From: Gemmatales bacterium | GTDB taxonomy: Bacteria > Planctomycetota > Planctomycetia > Gemmatales > HRBIN36 | Assembly: GCA_025056555.1 (NCBI GenBank) | Contig: JANWVZ010000001.1 | Location: 1 to 59,484 of the forward strand | DNA length: 59,484 nucleotides | Reading direction: 5' to 3' | In this document: in pieces, positions 9,185-19,100 of the stretch | How the letters are laid out: every line of letters begins with the position of its first letter | Position numbering within the stretch: the stretch's first letter is position 1 | Notes under the pieces: model-generated | What the model was told of the DNA's origin: nothing | Seen by the model: only the letters and a program-made list of their open reading frames with translations | The model's database searches: none | Position numbers and translations under genes: made by a program

Positions 9185-10483
9185 ATGGAACCGCTCGGCA
9201 TTGCGCTTTTGGGCTGTGGTACGGTCGGTAGTGGTGTGGCGCGACTGCTGCTGACAGAAAATGAGCGACTATCCAAGCGGGCAGGTCGGCCATTACGATT
9301 GCGCTGGGTTCTGGTGCGCGACCCGTCGAAACCGCGCGGCGTGGCCTTGCCCAGCGACATCATCACCACCGACTTTCGCACGGTGCTGCGGGATCCGCAG
9401 GTAATGGTGGTCATCGAACTGATTGGCGGGCTGGAACCCGCGCGGCACTTTATTTTGCAGAGCCTCGAGGCGGGCAAAGACGTGATCACCGCCAATAAGG
9501 CGGTACTGGCGCACTACGGCGACGACATCTTCGAGACTGCACGGCGCTACGGGCGGACAGTCGCTTTTGAAGCCAGCGTGGGCGGCGGTATTCCCATTAT
9601 CGCGGCACTCGCCGAGGAATTGGCCGCGAACCAAATTCTAAGCATTCAGGCCATCCTCAACGGTACCAGCAACTTTATCCTGACGCAGATGCAGGAGGAA
9701 GGTGTCAGTTACGAGGCAGCCTTAGCGGAGGCCCAGCGACGAGGTTATGCTGAAGCCGACCCTACTCTCGACGTCAGCGGGGCCGATGCCGCTCATAAGT
9801 TGGCCATATTGTCGCGGTTGGCGTTTGGCCCAGGACCGAGCGTCCAGGAGATCTTTTGCCGTGGTATTGACCAGTTGCAACTGGCCGACCTGCGTTTTGC
9901 TCAGGAATTAGGCTACACTATCAAATTGCTCGCCGAAGCCTGGTTGCAGGATGGTCAGGTGGCTTTGCACGTGGAACCGACACTGATACATCGTTTGGCA
10001 CCGTTAGCTCAGGTGCGAGGTGTGTACAATGCCATCCTGGTACGCGGCGATGTCGTCGGTCAAACGCTCTACGCTGGCCGCGGCGCCGGACAGATGCCGA
10101 CCACTAGCGCTATCCTCGCCGATCTCATTGACTTGGCTATTGGCCGCGCACAGCTTACCTTCCGCACGCTGCGGCTCTGGGAGAACCACAACCGACTACC
10201 ATTACGCCCCCCCGAACGCATTCGCAGCCGATTTTATTTGCGGATCACCGTCGAAGATCGGCCCGGCGTCATTGGTGAGGTAGCGACAATCCTCGGCAAA
10301 CATCAGGTCAGCATCTCCTCGGTAATCCAGCACGAGGCGTTGGACGAGTGTGAGGGCGAAGCTGTACCTGTCGTGATTATGACGCACACGACGAACTTGT
10401 CGGCATTTCGTCTCGCGGTGGCCCAGATCGACCGTCTCTCCTGCGTCGCCGCCCCCAGCATCTACTACCCCGTCGCAGATTGA
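9185..10483 (+). CDS. hom: homoserine dehydrogenase
   Basis: 432-aa ORF. N-terminal Rossmann motif IALLGCGTVGSGV, a central catalytic region (NGTSNFILTQM, EADPTLDVSGADAAHKL) and a C-terminal ACT-like domain. Confidence 0.93.
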   Translation: MEPLGIALLGCGTVGSGVARLLLTENERLSKRAGRPLRLRWVLVRDPSKPRGVALPSDIITTDFRTVLRDPQVMVVIELIGGLEPARHFILQSLEAGKDVITANKAVLAHYGDDIFETARRYGRTVAFEASVGGGIPIIAALAEELAANQILSIQAILNGTSNFILTQMQEEGVSYEAALAEAQRRGYAEADPTLDVSGADAAHKLAILSRLAFGPGPSVQEIFCRGIDQLQLADLRFAQELGYTIKLLAEAWLQDGQVALHVEPTLIHRLAPLAQVRGVYNAILVRGDVVGQTLYAGRGAGQMPTTSAILADLIDLAIGRAQLTFRTLRLWENHNRLPLRPPERIRSRFYLRITVEDRPGVIGEVATILGKHQVSISSVIQHEALDECEGEAVPVVIMTHTTNLSAFRLAVAQIDRLSCVAAPSIYYPVAD

Positions 10484-10597
10484 GTCTAGAACGACTTGGA
10501 AGCCAGGATGCCAGGTCATCGGAAATAGAATCGCACTCATGAACGAAGTAGGCGAGCACAGTTACCACAATCGCTGGCAAGCTGATCATTTAGTTCA

Positions 10598-13500
10598 TTA
10601 TGATTGCTGTGTATCCCTTATGAAGGATACGACATAACGTGCATCGCGTTCAACCTCCACGTAGAGCACGCCTTTGGACATGTCCCACCGTAGCCACACC
10701 CGACGGTCGTGCCAACTCACTAGATCAACGTAGGTATCACTTTCCTGCCAGCGATTGTGATGCTTAATTTCAGGGTGAATTAGGAGCTCAGGGGGCTCCT
10801 GGGCATTAGACGGCGGTAGATATCTTAACTGATGAGCCTCGTCCCTGGGAGCAAAAGTGAGGATTAGCTCCCGACCAGTACTAACCGTGCGTATTTCCAG
10901 CAAGTCTCCTATCTCTCGGCGGTCCCCCGGGTTGAGATAAATAGTTCGTACCCGTGCACGGAACCGTTGCAACCGCTGCTCTGCACTTGCCTTCCTCTTG
11001 GATAGTTCAGACAGCCACTTATCACGATCACGATCAACATGATTCATTATTTGCTCTAAACGCTCATAATACTCGACAGCGCGCTTGCGAAACGGCGCTT
11101 GCTCGACAAACCTGCCGCATAGTATAGCGCGTGACAAGAACGCACTGCTATCAATCGATTGTCCGATTTTTCCTGAAGCGCCAAGTCTATCTAAGTGCTC
11201 TAATAAAGCATAACCGATGGCGTCAACTAATCTGGCCAAGCGAGGCCATGTAGGTGATTCGGCAACATTTTCGTAGGCACAAATCCAATCCTCAATACCG
11301 TCAGCCACCAACCTTAGCGTATTCGACAAAATCATCTGGATAGGGTCATCCTCTTTACTCGGGCGCAGGCAGTACAGGACAAGCGACTGGGCATCTTCTC
11401 CAGACAAGTCACCCGCATCACTAACCCAGTTCATCAAGTAGCGCCGTAAGCTTGCTTCTAATTCGGGGATATTGCCAGGTGCTCCTAACGGCCTTCTCGA
11501 AGAATACCACACAAGTTCCAAACATAACAATGCCAAGTTGGCGGCCGCTTCCAGCCCCTTGTAATGCCTGTCGGCGAAGAATTGCTTGCTGAAATCGAGA
11601 GCGGACTGCGTGAGCAACTCGAGTATCTTCAGCCAGTGAGGATCAGAGCCTGCAGCAGCTTGTGCCTCCAAATAGCGAATTATCCTATCGCTCCTGGATG
11701 CTAAAGCGAAACCATGGATGACAGCTTCCATGATGTGTTTGCTAGCAGATTGCCCAGTTGGCAATGGGGTTGTCATGGACTGGGGCAGGAAAGATCGGCG
11801 TAAGATCTCGAGTAGAAACTCTGCACTCCAACGTTCAATCCAACGGTCAACTATGCGGCTCTTTTGGTACCTTGTGTGAAACTCTTCGATGAAACTCTTA
11901 GTATCCTTTGCATTGAGATATAACTTGCCACTTTCCAATCTCTGCCAAAAGTCCTGAAGCCAAAGACGATCTTCAGCACTCTCGATACGTCGCTGATCTT
12001 CCTCAGGCAAAATTTGTTCGCCTGTTTGGGTTTTGTGATCATACTCCTGGAGGATGCGTTGAAAGTCGCCTGCCTGCTCCCACCAGCGCAGGCATAGGGG
12101 ATAAGGTGAGGATTCGGCCTTGGCGATGAAGTAATCGCGGTGCTGAGTTTCCTCCGCTTTCTCCCAATGGTCTGCGGCTAAGCCGTAGCGCTCCAACCGG
12201 TAACTCAAACGCGCTAATTCGTTTTGCCAGGACTTATAGTTACGAGCGTAAGGCTCTTTCGGAGCTATTTCCACGGCCAGATGATAGGCAAGTTCCAGCG
12301 ATACGCTAGAGATGGGGGTCATCTGCCCCGATTTTTTGCACAAGGATAACACGAGATCATTCCAAACTTTCCAGGTGCGTTTATGGCGTTCCGACTCATG
12401 AACCTTGCGTTGAAGCACTAAGTCTTCCAGTTTCCGAAGCAGCGACCTGGCTGCGTCGTCCGTAGCTTGCTTCCGCCAGTGCGAGTAAGCCCGCGCTAAC
12501 TCGCGGCGCCAGGTGGGTTCCACTTCCCGTCCTGCTAACTCGTCCCAAGCAGATTCCGAATCCAGCGTGGCCTCCCAGAACCAATCGGAAGCCAGGGCTT
12601 TATCAAGAGACCACATCTTGTGAGCTGCGGCGAGTACCTCGCCTTGATAATACTGGCGCCATGCCAACATGCGTTCCTTATCCAGGGGTTTTTCCGCGCG
12701 ATCGTAATAATAAGCGGCACGTTCCGCATGCTCAGCGTTTTTCTGATCATGAGCCAGGCGCTCAAACTCCTTAGCGAGTTCGAGCCATCGGCCAATAAAT
12801 GCCTGGGTCATTTCGCGCAAATCAGCGGGACTCCAGTCAAAACCCACGCGCGCCTCGGTTTGTGGATTTTGTCGGAGCCAGCGTTGCAACTCTTCCCAAA
12901 ACTTCTGCCAACCTTCCTGCGTTTCTACCAGCCAGAGCGTTTCGCGCGCACGGCTGACAGCCACGTAGAGGTTATTTAGGAAAAACTCCGCCTGGAAGCG
13001 TTTCGACTCATCAATCTCGGGATTGTCCACCGCGTTGCGCCAATTCCAAAAGTCCTTCAGACCCAGCAATTGGAAAAACGCTCCAAAGCCGAGCACTACT
13101 ACATGCTCTTGTTCAAGGCCCTTGATCTGTGCCACGGTTACGTAATTGACTCGATCAGATGGGCTCTGGTCAAAACCTAACTTTCTCCAAAAGGCAGTGG
13201 TCTCCTGAAACTGCGGGTCGTCGGGAACCGGACCGATGACGAGGACGCCTTCGCGTAGGAGGTATTCGACCGACTCTCTCACCGCTCTCGGCTCACCGTC
13301 TAACAAGACTCGGCGTACGCGCAGGTTGGCCTGTATATCGTCGGGTTGCCAAATGTTTTGCAATTCTGATTTATGTCCGAGCGTGTGTTGCCGCAATAAT
13401 TGAATCGCGTTACATAATAGCGCGATACTCGGAGCGTTGCGGTAGTTATAGTGTAGTTTTAATCGGGGGACTCGGGCGGGCGGCAGACTGGCGACATGTT

Positions 13501-15388
13501 GGGTCAAAGCGTGCGCAATATCGGAACTCACGCGCTCCCAGCGAAAGCAGCTGGGATTCACTGTTTGATGAGCATCCCCCGCGAAGATAATGGGCAAAGG
13601 CAACTCCTCGTTGGATAAGCCCAGAAGGCCGGGAATGGCAGCGAGGTTATACTGCATCCAGCTGAGACTGCTCAAGAGGCTGGCTATCTCGACCCGCGAG
13701 AAATCCTGCGCTTCGTCGCAAACCAGAATGTCATATTTGGGCGCATCAGGACGTCGGTGCTGCAACACTTCCCAAGCTAAGTCGAGGTCATCCCAGTAGC
13801 TCGGAATCTCATCCTCCTTACTCGGCACGGTGAGGCGCTTGTACCAAGGCCAAACTTGCTCCCAAACTACTCGGTAGAGATCAGAGGAGACCTGCCTGTC
13901 CTTATCGGGTATAACCTCTCTATCTTGATATTCTTCGAAACTCAGCCAGCGATCCTCGCCCCGCTCGTGGACCTTATACCCCTTGATGTAACTGCGGAGA
14001 ACGAACCAGATCGCCTCGGGGCTGTAACGACGTCCCGCAGCGTTCCGTAAGCCGTCAGGACCATAACCCCGCATCAAATCCGTAAACCTGGAAAAGCTAA
14101 TGTAACCGCCTCGCTGTCCTGCAGCGACGGTCAGGAAACGCTCGCGGCGTGCCGGCGGCAATTGTTCAAGGGCCCACTCCTGGTAAGTCTTATAATCAGA
14201 CAGGATGTTCTGGAGATTCTGCGATGTGCCAAGTTGCTGCACGAGACGATAACGAATGCGCTCGATAAGGTCACTGGCTTTATTAATGAGGCTCTGGCTC
14301 TGGCTGATGTAGAGCAAACGATAAGGACGTTCGTTACTTGATGCGGCGTGGTCTGCTTCCGTCCCCGCCAAGCGCTCGGCCGTGTAGTAAATCAGCAGAG
14401 TGGATTTACCGCTGCCCGCGCGTCCCTCGAGGACACACGGCAGAGTTTTTCCTGCGAGGATGTTTTCCAGGTTGGACATCTCGTTGGTGGACAACGGTAA
14501 AAAGACTTCGCGTTGTCGCCAGACTTCTTGGAACAACCCCTCATCAACGAGCAAGTAAGCTGGAAAGGCTCGCTCGGCTAATTGGCTGAGCGCGTCGAAG
14601 AAGTCGTGGGAACGTGTACATTTCGACTCCAGAACATGGGCACGTAATCGGTTATAAAGCCTTCGAGCTTCCGTCTCGGCGCTTTGGCATTGTTCCGAGG
14701 GCCAATCGAAGCATACGATACCCAACAAGAAAACATGCTGGAGGTTTAATTCTGGCTCTCGGAGTCGGACGTAGATAACCTTTATAGAGTTTTCTGCGCG
14801 TTGCAAAAGCTGTTCGCGCTCTTCACCAGTGGTTTCCCAAATACCGCATAAGAGCTTGTAAAAAGTTGCACGCTGGGTCTCTAATCTCAGCAACTCATAC
14901 GACCGCCGGACATGTGGTGGTATGAAAAAGGCATCAGCCCGTTCCTGCGGGCGTAACCCGCGCAATAGGGAAAGTAAGTGGTAATCTGGGTCGGGCGGGG
15001 CTGGCGGTGGTGGTTTTCTTCGAAGCTCCTGCTCTACATGCTTCTGGATCTGCGGCGCGTGCGCTTCGAGAAGTGAGCCATAATATTTCTCCAACCTAGC
15101 CGGATCGCCGTTGCAATATTGACCGGAGTCACGCGGCACGAAAGCCACTAACACGACACAATGAACATGCCCGCGATCATGAGGCACCGTCTCTAACTTG
15201 GCCACCAAGCGATAGGGATCGTACCGCCTCTTAAACCAACAGTTTCCTAACGCCTCAAAATAGGGGAGGAAGCCTAACGAATTGGCTGGGCCTACTTCAT
15301 CGAGCTGTTGGATGAGTTCCATAAGCCTCCTGCGATATTGCGGCGGCGCTTCGGCGACGGACGGCATTTCATACACCACATAGCCCAT
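10598..15388 (-). CDS. 1596-aa SF1 (UvrD/Rep-like) helicase-family NTPase with large unassigned N- and C-terminal regions
   Basis: ATG at 15388 with GGAGGGG 9 nt upstream. Walker A is LEGRAGSGKST (G322-T330 at 14399-14425). Motif II is ILVCDEAQDF (D558-Q561 at 13706-13717). Also present: IFAGDAHQTV, LHYNYRNAPSI, VTVAQIKGLEQEHVVV, LYVAVSRARETLWLV. It is the only minus-strand gene between two plus-strand genes. Confidence 0.85.
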   Translation of the reverse strand: MGYVVYEMPSVAEAPPQYRRRLMELIQQLDEVGPANSLGFLPYFEALGNCWFKRRYDPYRLVAKLETVPHDRGHVHCVVLVAFVPRDSGQYCNGDPARLEKYYGSLLEAHAPQIQKHVEQELRRKPPPPAPPDPDYHLLSLLRGLRPQERADAFFIPPHVRRSYELLRLETQRATFYKLLCGIWETTGEEREQLLQRAENSIKVIYVRLREPELNLQHVFLLGIVCFDWPSEQCQSAETEARRLYNRLRAHVLESKCTRSHDFFDALSQLAERAFPAYLLVDEGLFQEVWRQREVFLPLSTNEMSNLENILAGKTLPCVLEGRAGSGKSTLLIYYTAERLAGTEADHAASSNERPYRLLYISQSQSLINKASDLIERIRYRLVQQLGTSQNLQNILSDYKTYQEWALEQLPPARRERFLTVAAGQRGGYISFSRFTDLMRGYGPDGLRNAAGRRYSPEAIWFVLRSYIKGYKVHERGEDRWLSFEEYQDREVIPDKDRQVSSDLYRVVWEQVWPWYKRLTVPSKEDEIPSYWDDLDLAWEVLQHRRPDAPKYDILVCDEAQDFSRVEIASLLSSLSWMQYNLAAIPGLLGLSNEELPLPIIFAGDAHQTVNPSCFRWERVSSDIAHALTQHVASLPPARVPRLKLHYNYRNAPSIALLCNAIQLLRQHTLGHKSELQNIWQPDDIQANLRVRRVLLDGEPRAVRESVEYLLREGVLVIGPVPDDPQFQETTAFWRKLGFDQSPSDRVNYVTVAQIKGLEQEHVVVLGFGAFFQLLGLKDFWNWRNAVDNPEIDESKRFQAEFFLNNLYVAVSRARETLWLVETQEGWQKFWEELQRWLRQNPQTEARVGFDWSPADLREMTQAFIGRWLELAKEFERLAHDQKNAEHAERAAYYYDRAEKPLDKERMLAWRQYYQGEVLAAAHKMWSLDKALASDWFWEATLDSESAWDELAGREVEPTWRRELARAYSHWRKQATDDAARSLLRKLEDLVLQRKVHESERHKRTWKVWNDLVLSLCKKSGQMTPISSVSLELAYHLAVEIAPKEPYARNYKSWQNELARLSYRLERYGLAADHWEKAEETQHRDYFIAKAESSPYPLCLRWWEQAGDFQRILQEYDHKTQTGEQILPEEDQRRIESAEDRLWLQDFWQRLESGKLYLNAKDTKSFIEEFHTRYQKSRIVDRWIERWSAEFLLEILRRSFLPQSMTTPLPTGQSASKHIMEAVIHGFALASRSDRIIRYLEAQAAAGSDPHWLKILELLTQSALDFSKQFFADRHYKGLEAAANLALLCLELVWYSSRRPLGAPGNIPELEASLRRYLMNWVSDAGDLSGEDAQSLVLYCLRPSKEDDPIQMILSNTLRLVADGIEDWICAYENVAESPTWPRLARLVDAIGYALLEHLDRLGASGKIGQSIDSSAFLSRAILCGRFVEQAPFRKRAVEYYERLEQIMNHVDRDRDKWLSELSKRKASAEQRLQRFRARVRTIYLNPGDRREIGDLLEIRTVSTGRELILTFAPRDEAHQLRYLPPSNAQEPPELLIHPEIKHHNRWQESDTYVDLVSWHDRRVWLRWDMSKGVLYVEVERDARYVVSFIRDTQQS

Positions 15389-15555
15389 AGTTGTGCCCCT
15401 CCTATGCGGGTCTTAGAATGAGCTACGGATGTCTCATAAACACCCGTGGTGAGCATCGGTCCCGTTCGCCCAGCATGGAAAAAGATCTTGCTTACTCATA
15501 AAAAACAACGTGCAGGGCCGGCGAATTGTGACAAATTTTCACCCTCAAAGGAGGG

Positions 15556-16050
15556 ATGGAGGTAGTGGCCTTGACCTTTCGCGATGGCGCGATTGAAGGG
15601 GTGATTTGGTATTCGTTACGGCGCCACGAAGATATGAGAGGCTGGTTGTGTGAACTCTTTCGTCATGATGAGATACCGCCGGTGTGTTATCCGCAGATGG
15701 CCTACGTCTCAATGACCAGGCCGGGAGTGATTCGCGGACCACATGAGCATCGCTTTCAATATGATCTGTTTTGCTTCGTCGGCCCTTCCGATTTCCGCGT
15801 ATATCTCTGGGACAATCGGCGTAGTTCCCCGACGTATGGTGTGCGCCAAATCGTAGAAGCGGGCGAAAGTCAACCGCGAGCCGTGATCATTCCGCCGGGA
15901 GTCGTGCATGCTTACCGCAATATCGGCTCGGTGCCGGGCTGGGTGTTTAACGCTCCGAACCAGCTGTACGCCGGCTGGAAACGGTCTCAAGGTGTGGATG
16001 AAATCCGCTACGAGAACGATCCGCAATCGCCATTTCGCATCGAAGACTGA
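15556..16050 (+). CDS. dTDP-4-dehydrorhamnose 3,5-epimerase-like cupin protein
   Basis: 164-aa ORF; AGGAGGG precedes the ATG. The cupin/RmlC-like pattern is RGWLCELFR...GVIRGPHEH...DLFCFV...PPGVVHAYRN. Confidence 0.7.
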   Translation: MEVVALTFRDGAIEGVIWYSLRRHEDMRGWLCELFRHDEIPPVCYPQMAYVSMTRPGVIRGPHEHRFQYDLFCFVGPSDFRVYLWDNRRSSPTYGVRQIVEAGESQPRAVIIPPGVVHAYRNIGSVPGWVFNAPNQLYAGWKRSQGVDEIRYENDPQSPFRIED

Positions 16051-16189
16051 TACGTGCCCCTTATTGGCGTTGTTCAGGACGACCGACCCACGCGGCTTCT
16101 TTATGCTGCACGCGGTTCACTCGCAGCAGTATGCAGAAATTCCTTGCAACTGAACGAAGGGGCAGCGGTATTGGCGAGATGGGAAGCGG

Positions 16190-19100
16190 TTACGGGCCGA
16201 GCTCTTCTTTCTGGCGTTTCTTGAAGAGTTCCCGGAGGAGTTGATTGATTTTTTCCTGGGCTTTGATCAGGTCGCGGAGGATTTCCAGGGCTTTAGCGTA
16301 TTCGATCAGGCCTTTGATCTCGTTGATGACTTTACTGAAGCGATCAATAAGCAGATTCATCTGGAGCACGGCAGGATCGAAAGTCGGGGGCCGGATACGT
16401 TGGCGTTCCTCGCGCAGCCGTTGTGCTAACAAAGCAAGCGTTTCCTGAGCAAGGTCAAACTGGTCACCGTCGCGAACGAGTTGTTCCAGGGGTCGGCAGA
16501 TTTTCTCGTCGAGGCGGTCGAGTTCCTTTTGTTGCACCCGGTTGAACCATAGTTCGCGGTAGATGAGCCGTAAGTCGCGAATGATTTCCCGTTGTACCAC
16601 GTCGCGGGCATCCACGACGGCCCGCTGGGCATCTTCCGTGTCGCGAGCAAACCGCAGGGCCAGGTCTTCGGTGAGCTGCTCGGCTTCGCTGCGCATCTTG
16701 ACCAGTTGGTCGCGAATACTGGTGAGCTTCACCAGGATGTTGTCGCAGCGTTCGCGGATTTCTTCTTCGCGCCGTGACTCCTCGATGAGCAGGTCGTCTT
16801 CCGTGACCACGTTGAACTCGAAGGCAGCGTGATACACGGTCCGCTGCGGTTCCGAGCGTAACCGGGCTTCCGAACCTACGGTCAAACGATTATCCTGAGC
16901 GACCAGGCGCACCACCAGGCGATAAGGCGGGGCCAGGGGTTTGGTAATCATTTTCTTCGGATTGTTGGGGTCGGGCACGGTCACATCCCGAGGCACCAGT
17001 TCGGTGAGGAGGAACTCGTCGGTACCGGTCAGGAACGGTGCTCCCAGGGGCCGCATCTCATAGCGAAATTCATGTTCGACCACCTGCTCGAAAACCGGAG
17101 GCAGAGCGAGTGCGAAGACGCCCGCATGCGGTGCTTGCAGAAGCATGCCCGCGGGTGATGCCGCCTGGCTGCCGATCGTGCGGAAAGGTACAACCCGCGC
17201 GAGGCTGCGCTGCGCTACGCCGCCTCGAAGGGTTCGCGACTGAACCCAGCGCGTCCATCCTTCGCCGGAACCAAGCTCCAGGCTGTCCAGGTTATCGAAC
17301 GTGATAACCGGACTGAAGGTGCGTAATGGTATTCGAGTGGGCGGACCGAGGGGCTTGCCGTCGTTTTGAATCACAGTGACTTCGTAGTATAGTTCGGTCA
17401 GGCCGTTGTCGTCGCGCACCAACCCGCTGAACGGAATAATCGCGCGCGGAGTGATGGCTTCTCGGCGGACGACTTCGAAGTTGGCATATTGAAATTCGGG
17501 TTCCTTATCAGGCTGCGGAACAATGGTCACGCGGCGGGAGTTACGGATGCCTTCTATATCAGTGAAGCGGAAAACCAGCCGCAGTTCTTCGCTGGACAGC
17601 GGACGCAACCAGACAGCGAACCCGTCTGTTTCGGGAGTGAATTCCAATCGCTGTAGGTACGGATTGGTCGTTTCCAGTTGATGGATCGTGTGAGCCAAGG
17701 CCGATAAAGCAAAGGGGGACGCGGGGTCGCCCAGCAGGGAATGAAACAAGGCATGGACAGCGACAGTGGCGTACAGATCAGTTTCGCGTTGTTCCTGCAA
17801 TGCGATTTCGAGCGCTTGTAGAGGCTTGGTGGTTCGCCCGATGAGTCGGATTTGGGCGCCCAGCGGTGCATCGAAGCGAATTTCCTGGTTCCCTTCCAGG
17901 GCAGCGCTGATGGGGCCGCGTTCGACCCAGTCATTGGAGGCGTGGAGGTGGCCTGGTTCGCGTTGCCAGCGAACCAGCTCGCGCAAAGTGGGCAAGGGAC
18001 GCACTTCGATGCGGTACCAGGGAGTAACGGCATCGCCAGCATAGACACGAAAACGACGGGGGCGTTCGATGCGGCGAAACTCGTAGCGGTACTGGAAACT
18101 GCCAGGCGAACGATTGACTGGCAAGCGTTCCGTTTGAGCGCGCATGCGACGCCGCTCCTCCTCGGTAAGGATTTCCTCGTATTCCAGGGTCACTTGGTCG
18201 TAAATTCGCAGCCGGCGGAAATAGATGCGCCGTCCCCAGTGGCGCTGCTCGGCACGATGGCGCAGCGCTTCGAAGAGTTGGCCCAGTTGGGTATTGACGG
18301 CTCGGCCCAGGCCGAGGATGGAAAATCGTTCGGCCAATTGTGTCAGCCGGCGCTCCAGTTCCGCAGCCGGCAGTCCCTGCCAGCTGGCCGGCAGGTCGCG
18401 GTATTCCGCCGCAGACCAGCTCAAGGGAGGTAATTGCTCAGCTAGACCGCTGCTCCAGAATATCTGCTGAAGGACGCCCGTGGAAATGAGCGGCGCCGGC
18501 ACCATCGCATGAGCCGCGACGTAGGCCCATAAGGCATCTTCGGTGGTGATGGGCGGCCTGCGCAAAGTTTCCAGCCGATGACGGATTTCTTCCTGACTGA
18601 GCCGACGAGCTAATTGCAGATGTTCGTAAATCTGGGCCAGGGAATAATCCCGCCATTCTGCGGGGAGCCAACGTAAGATTTCCTCATCGGGTTGTGCAAG
18701 GGCACGCTCTGTAGCGCTGACTTGGGCTAAACGCGCTTCAAGGCGCGGGAGTAAGTAGGCAATGACCGCACGGCCCAGTTCACCGAGATGTTCGACGGCT
18801 TCGGCCCGCAGTTGCTGCGCGGACATGGCCTGGTGGCGAGCTTCGACTTCATCCAGCGTCAACTGACGCCAGGATTCCGGTAATACTTCCATCCAGGAAC
18901 GTGGCCCGACCGGAGCCTGCAGCTCCCAAAAATGAGCACGCTCGGAGCTGAAGGGGTCTGCAGGGTCATCAGGGTTGGGGAAAACGTCTCTCCAGATGGC
19001 CGGGCGCCAGCCGCTGGGGTAATCGGGATGGTCGGTGCGCACGACGTTGACCCAGGCTTGAATGCGAATGGGCATTTCGCCGCCGCTTGGAACTCCGCGT

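Noticed and set aside
10377-10589. 70-aa minus-strand ORF starting 8 nt after the stop of the giant NTPase gene, with a hydrophobic N-terminus (MISLPAIVVTVLAYFV). It could be a small membrane partner.
   Set aside because: No SD. Two thirds of it run antisense through the 3' end of hom, and that part translates to Arg/Gly-rich junk (RRGSRCWGRRRRRDGR). It would be worth revisiting only if homologs of the giant gene are followed by a similar small TM ORF.
10484-15555. A possible direct repeat flanking the giant gene: TAGAAT...CTCATGAAC at about 10525-10545, and TAGAAT...CTCATAAAC at about 15415-15445. This could be an insertion footprint.
   Set aside because: Only two short blocks match and the spacing between them differs (4 versus 13 nt), which is compatible with chance. 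No integrase or transposase is nearby.
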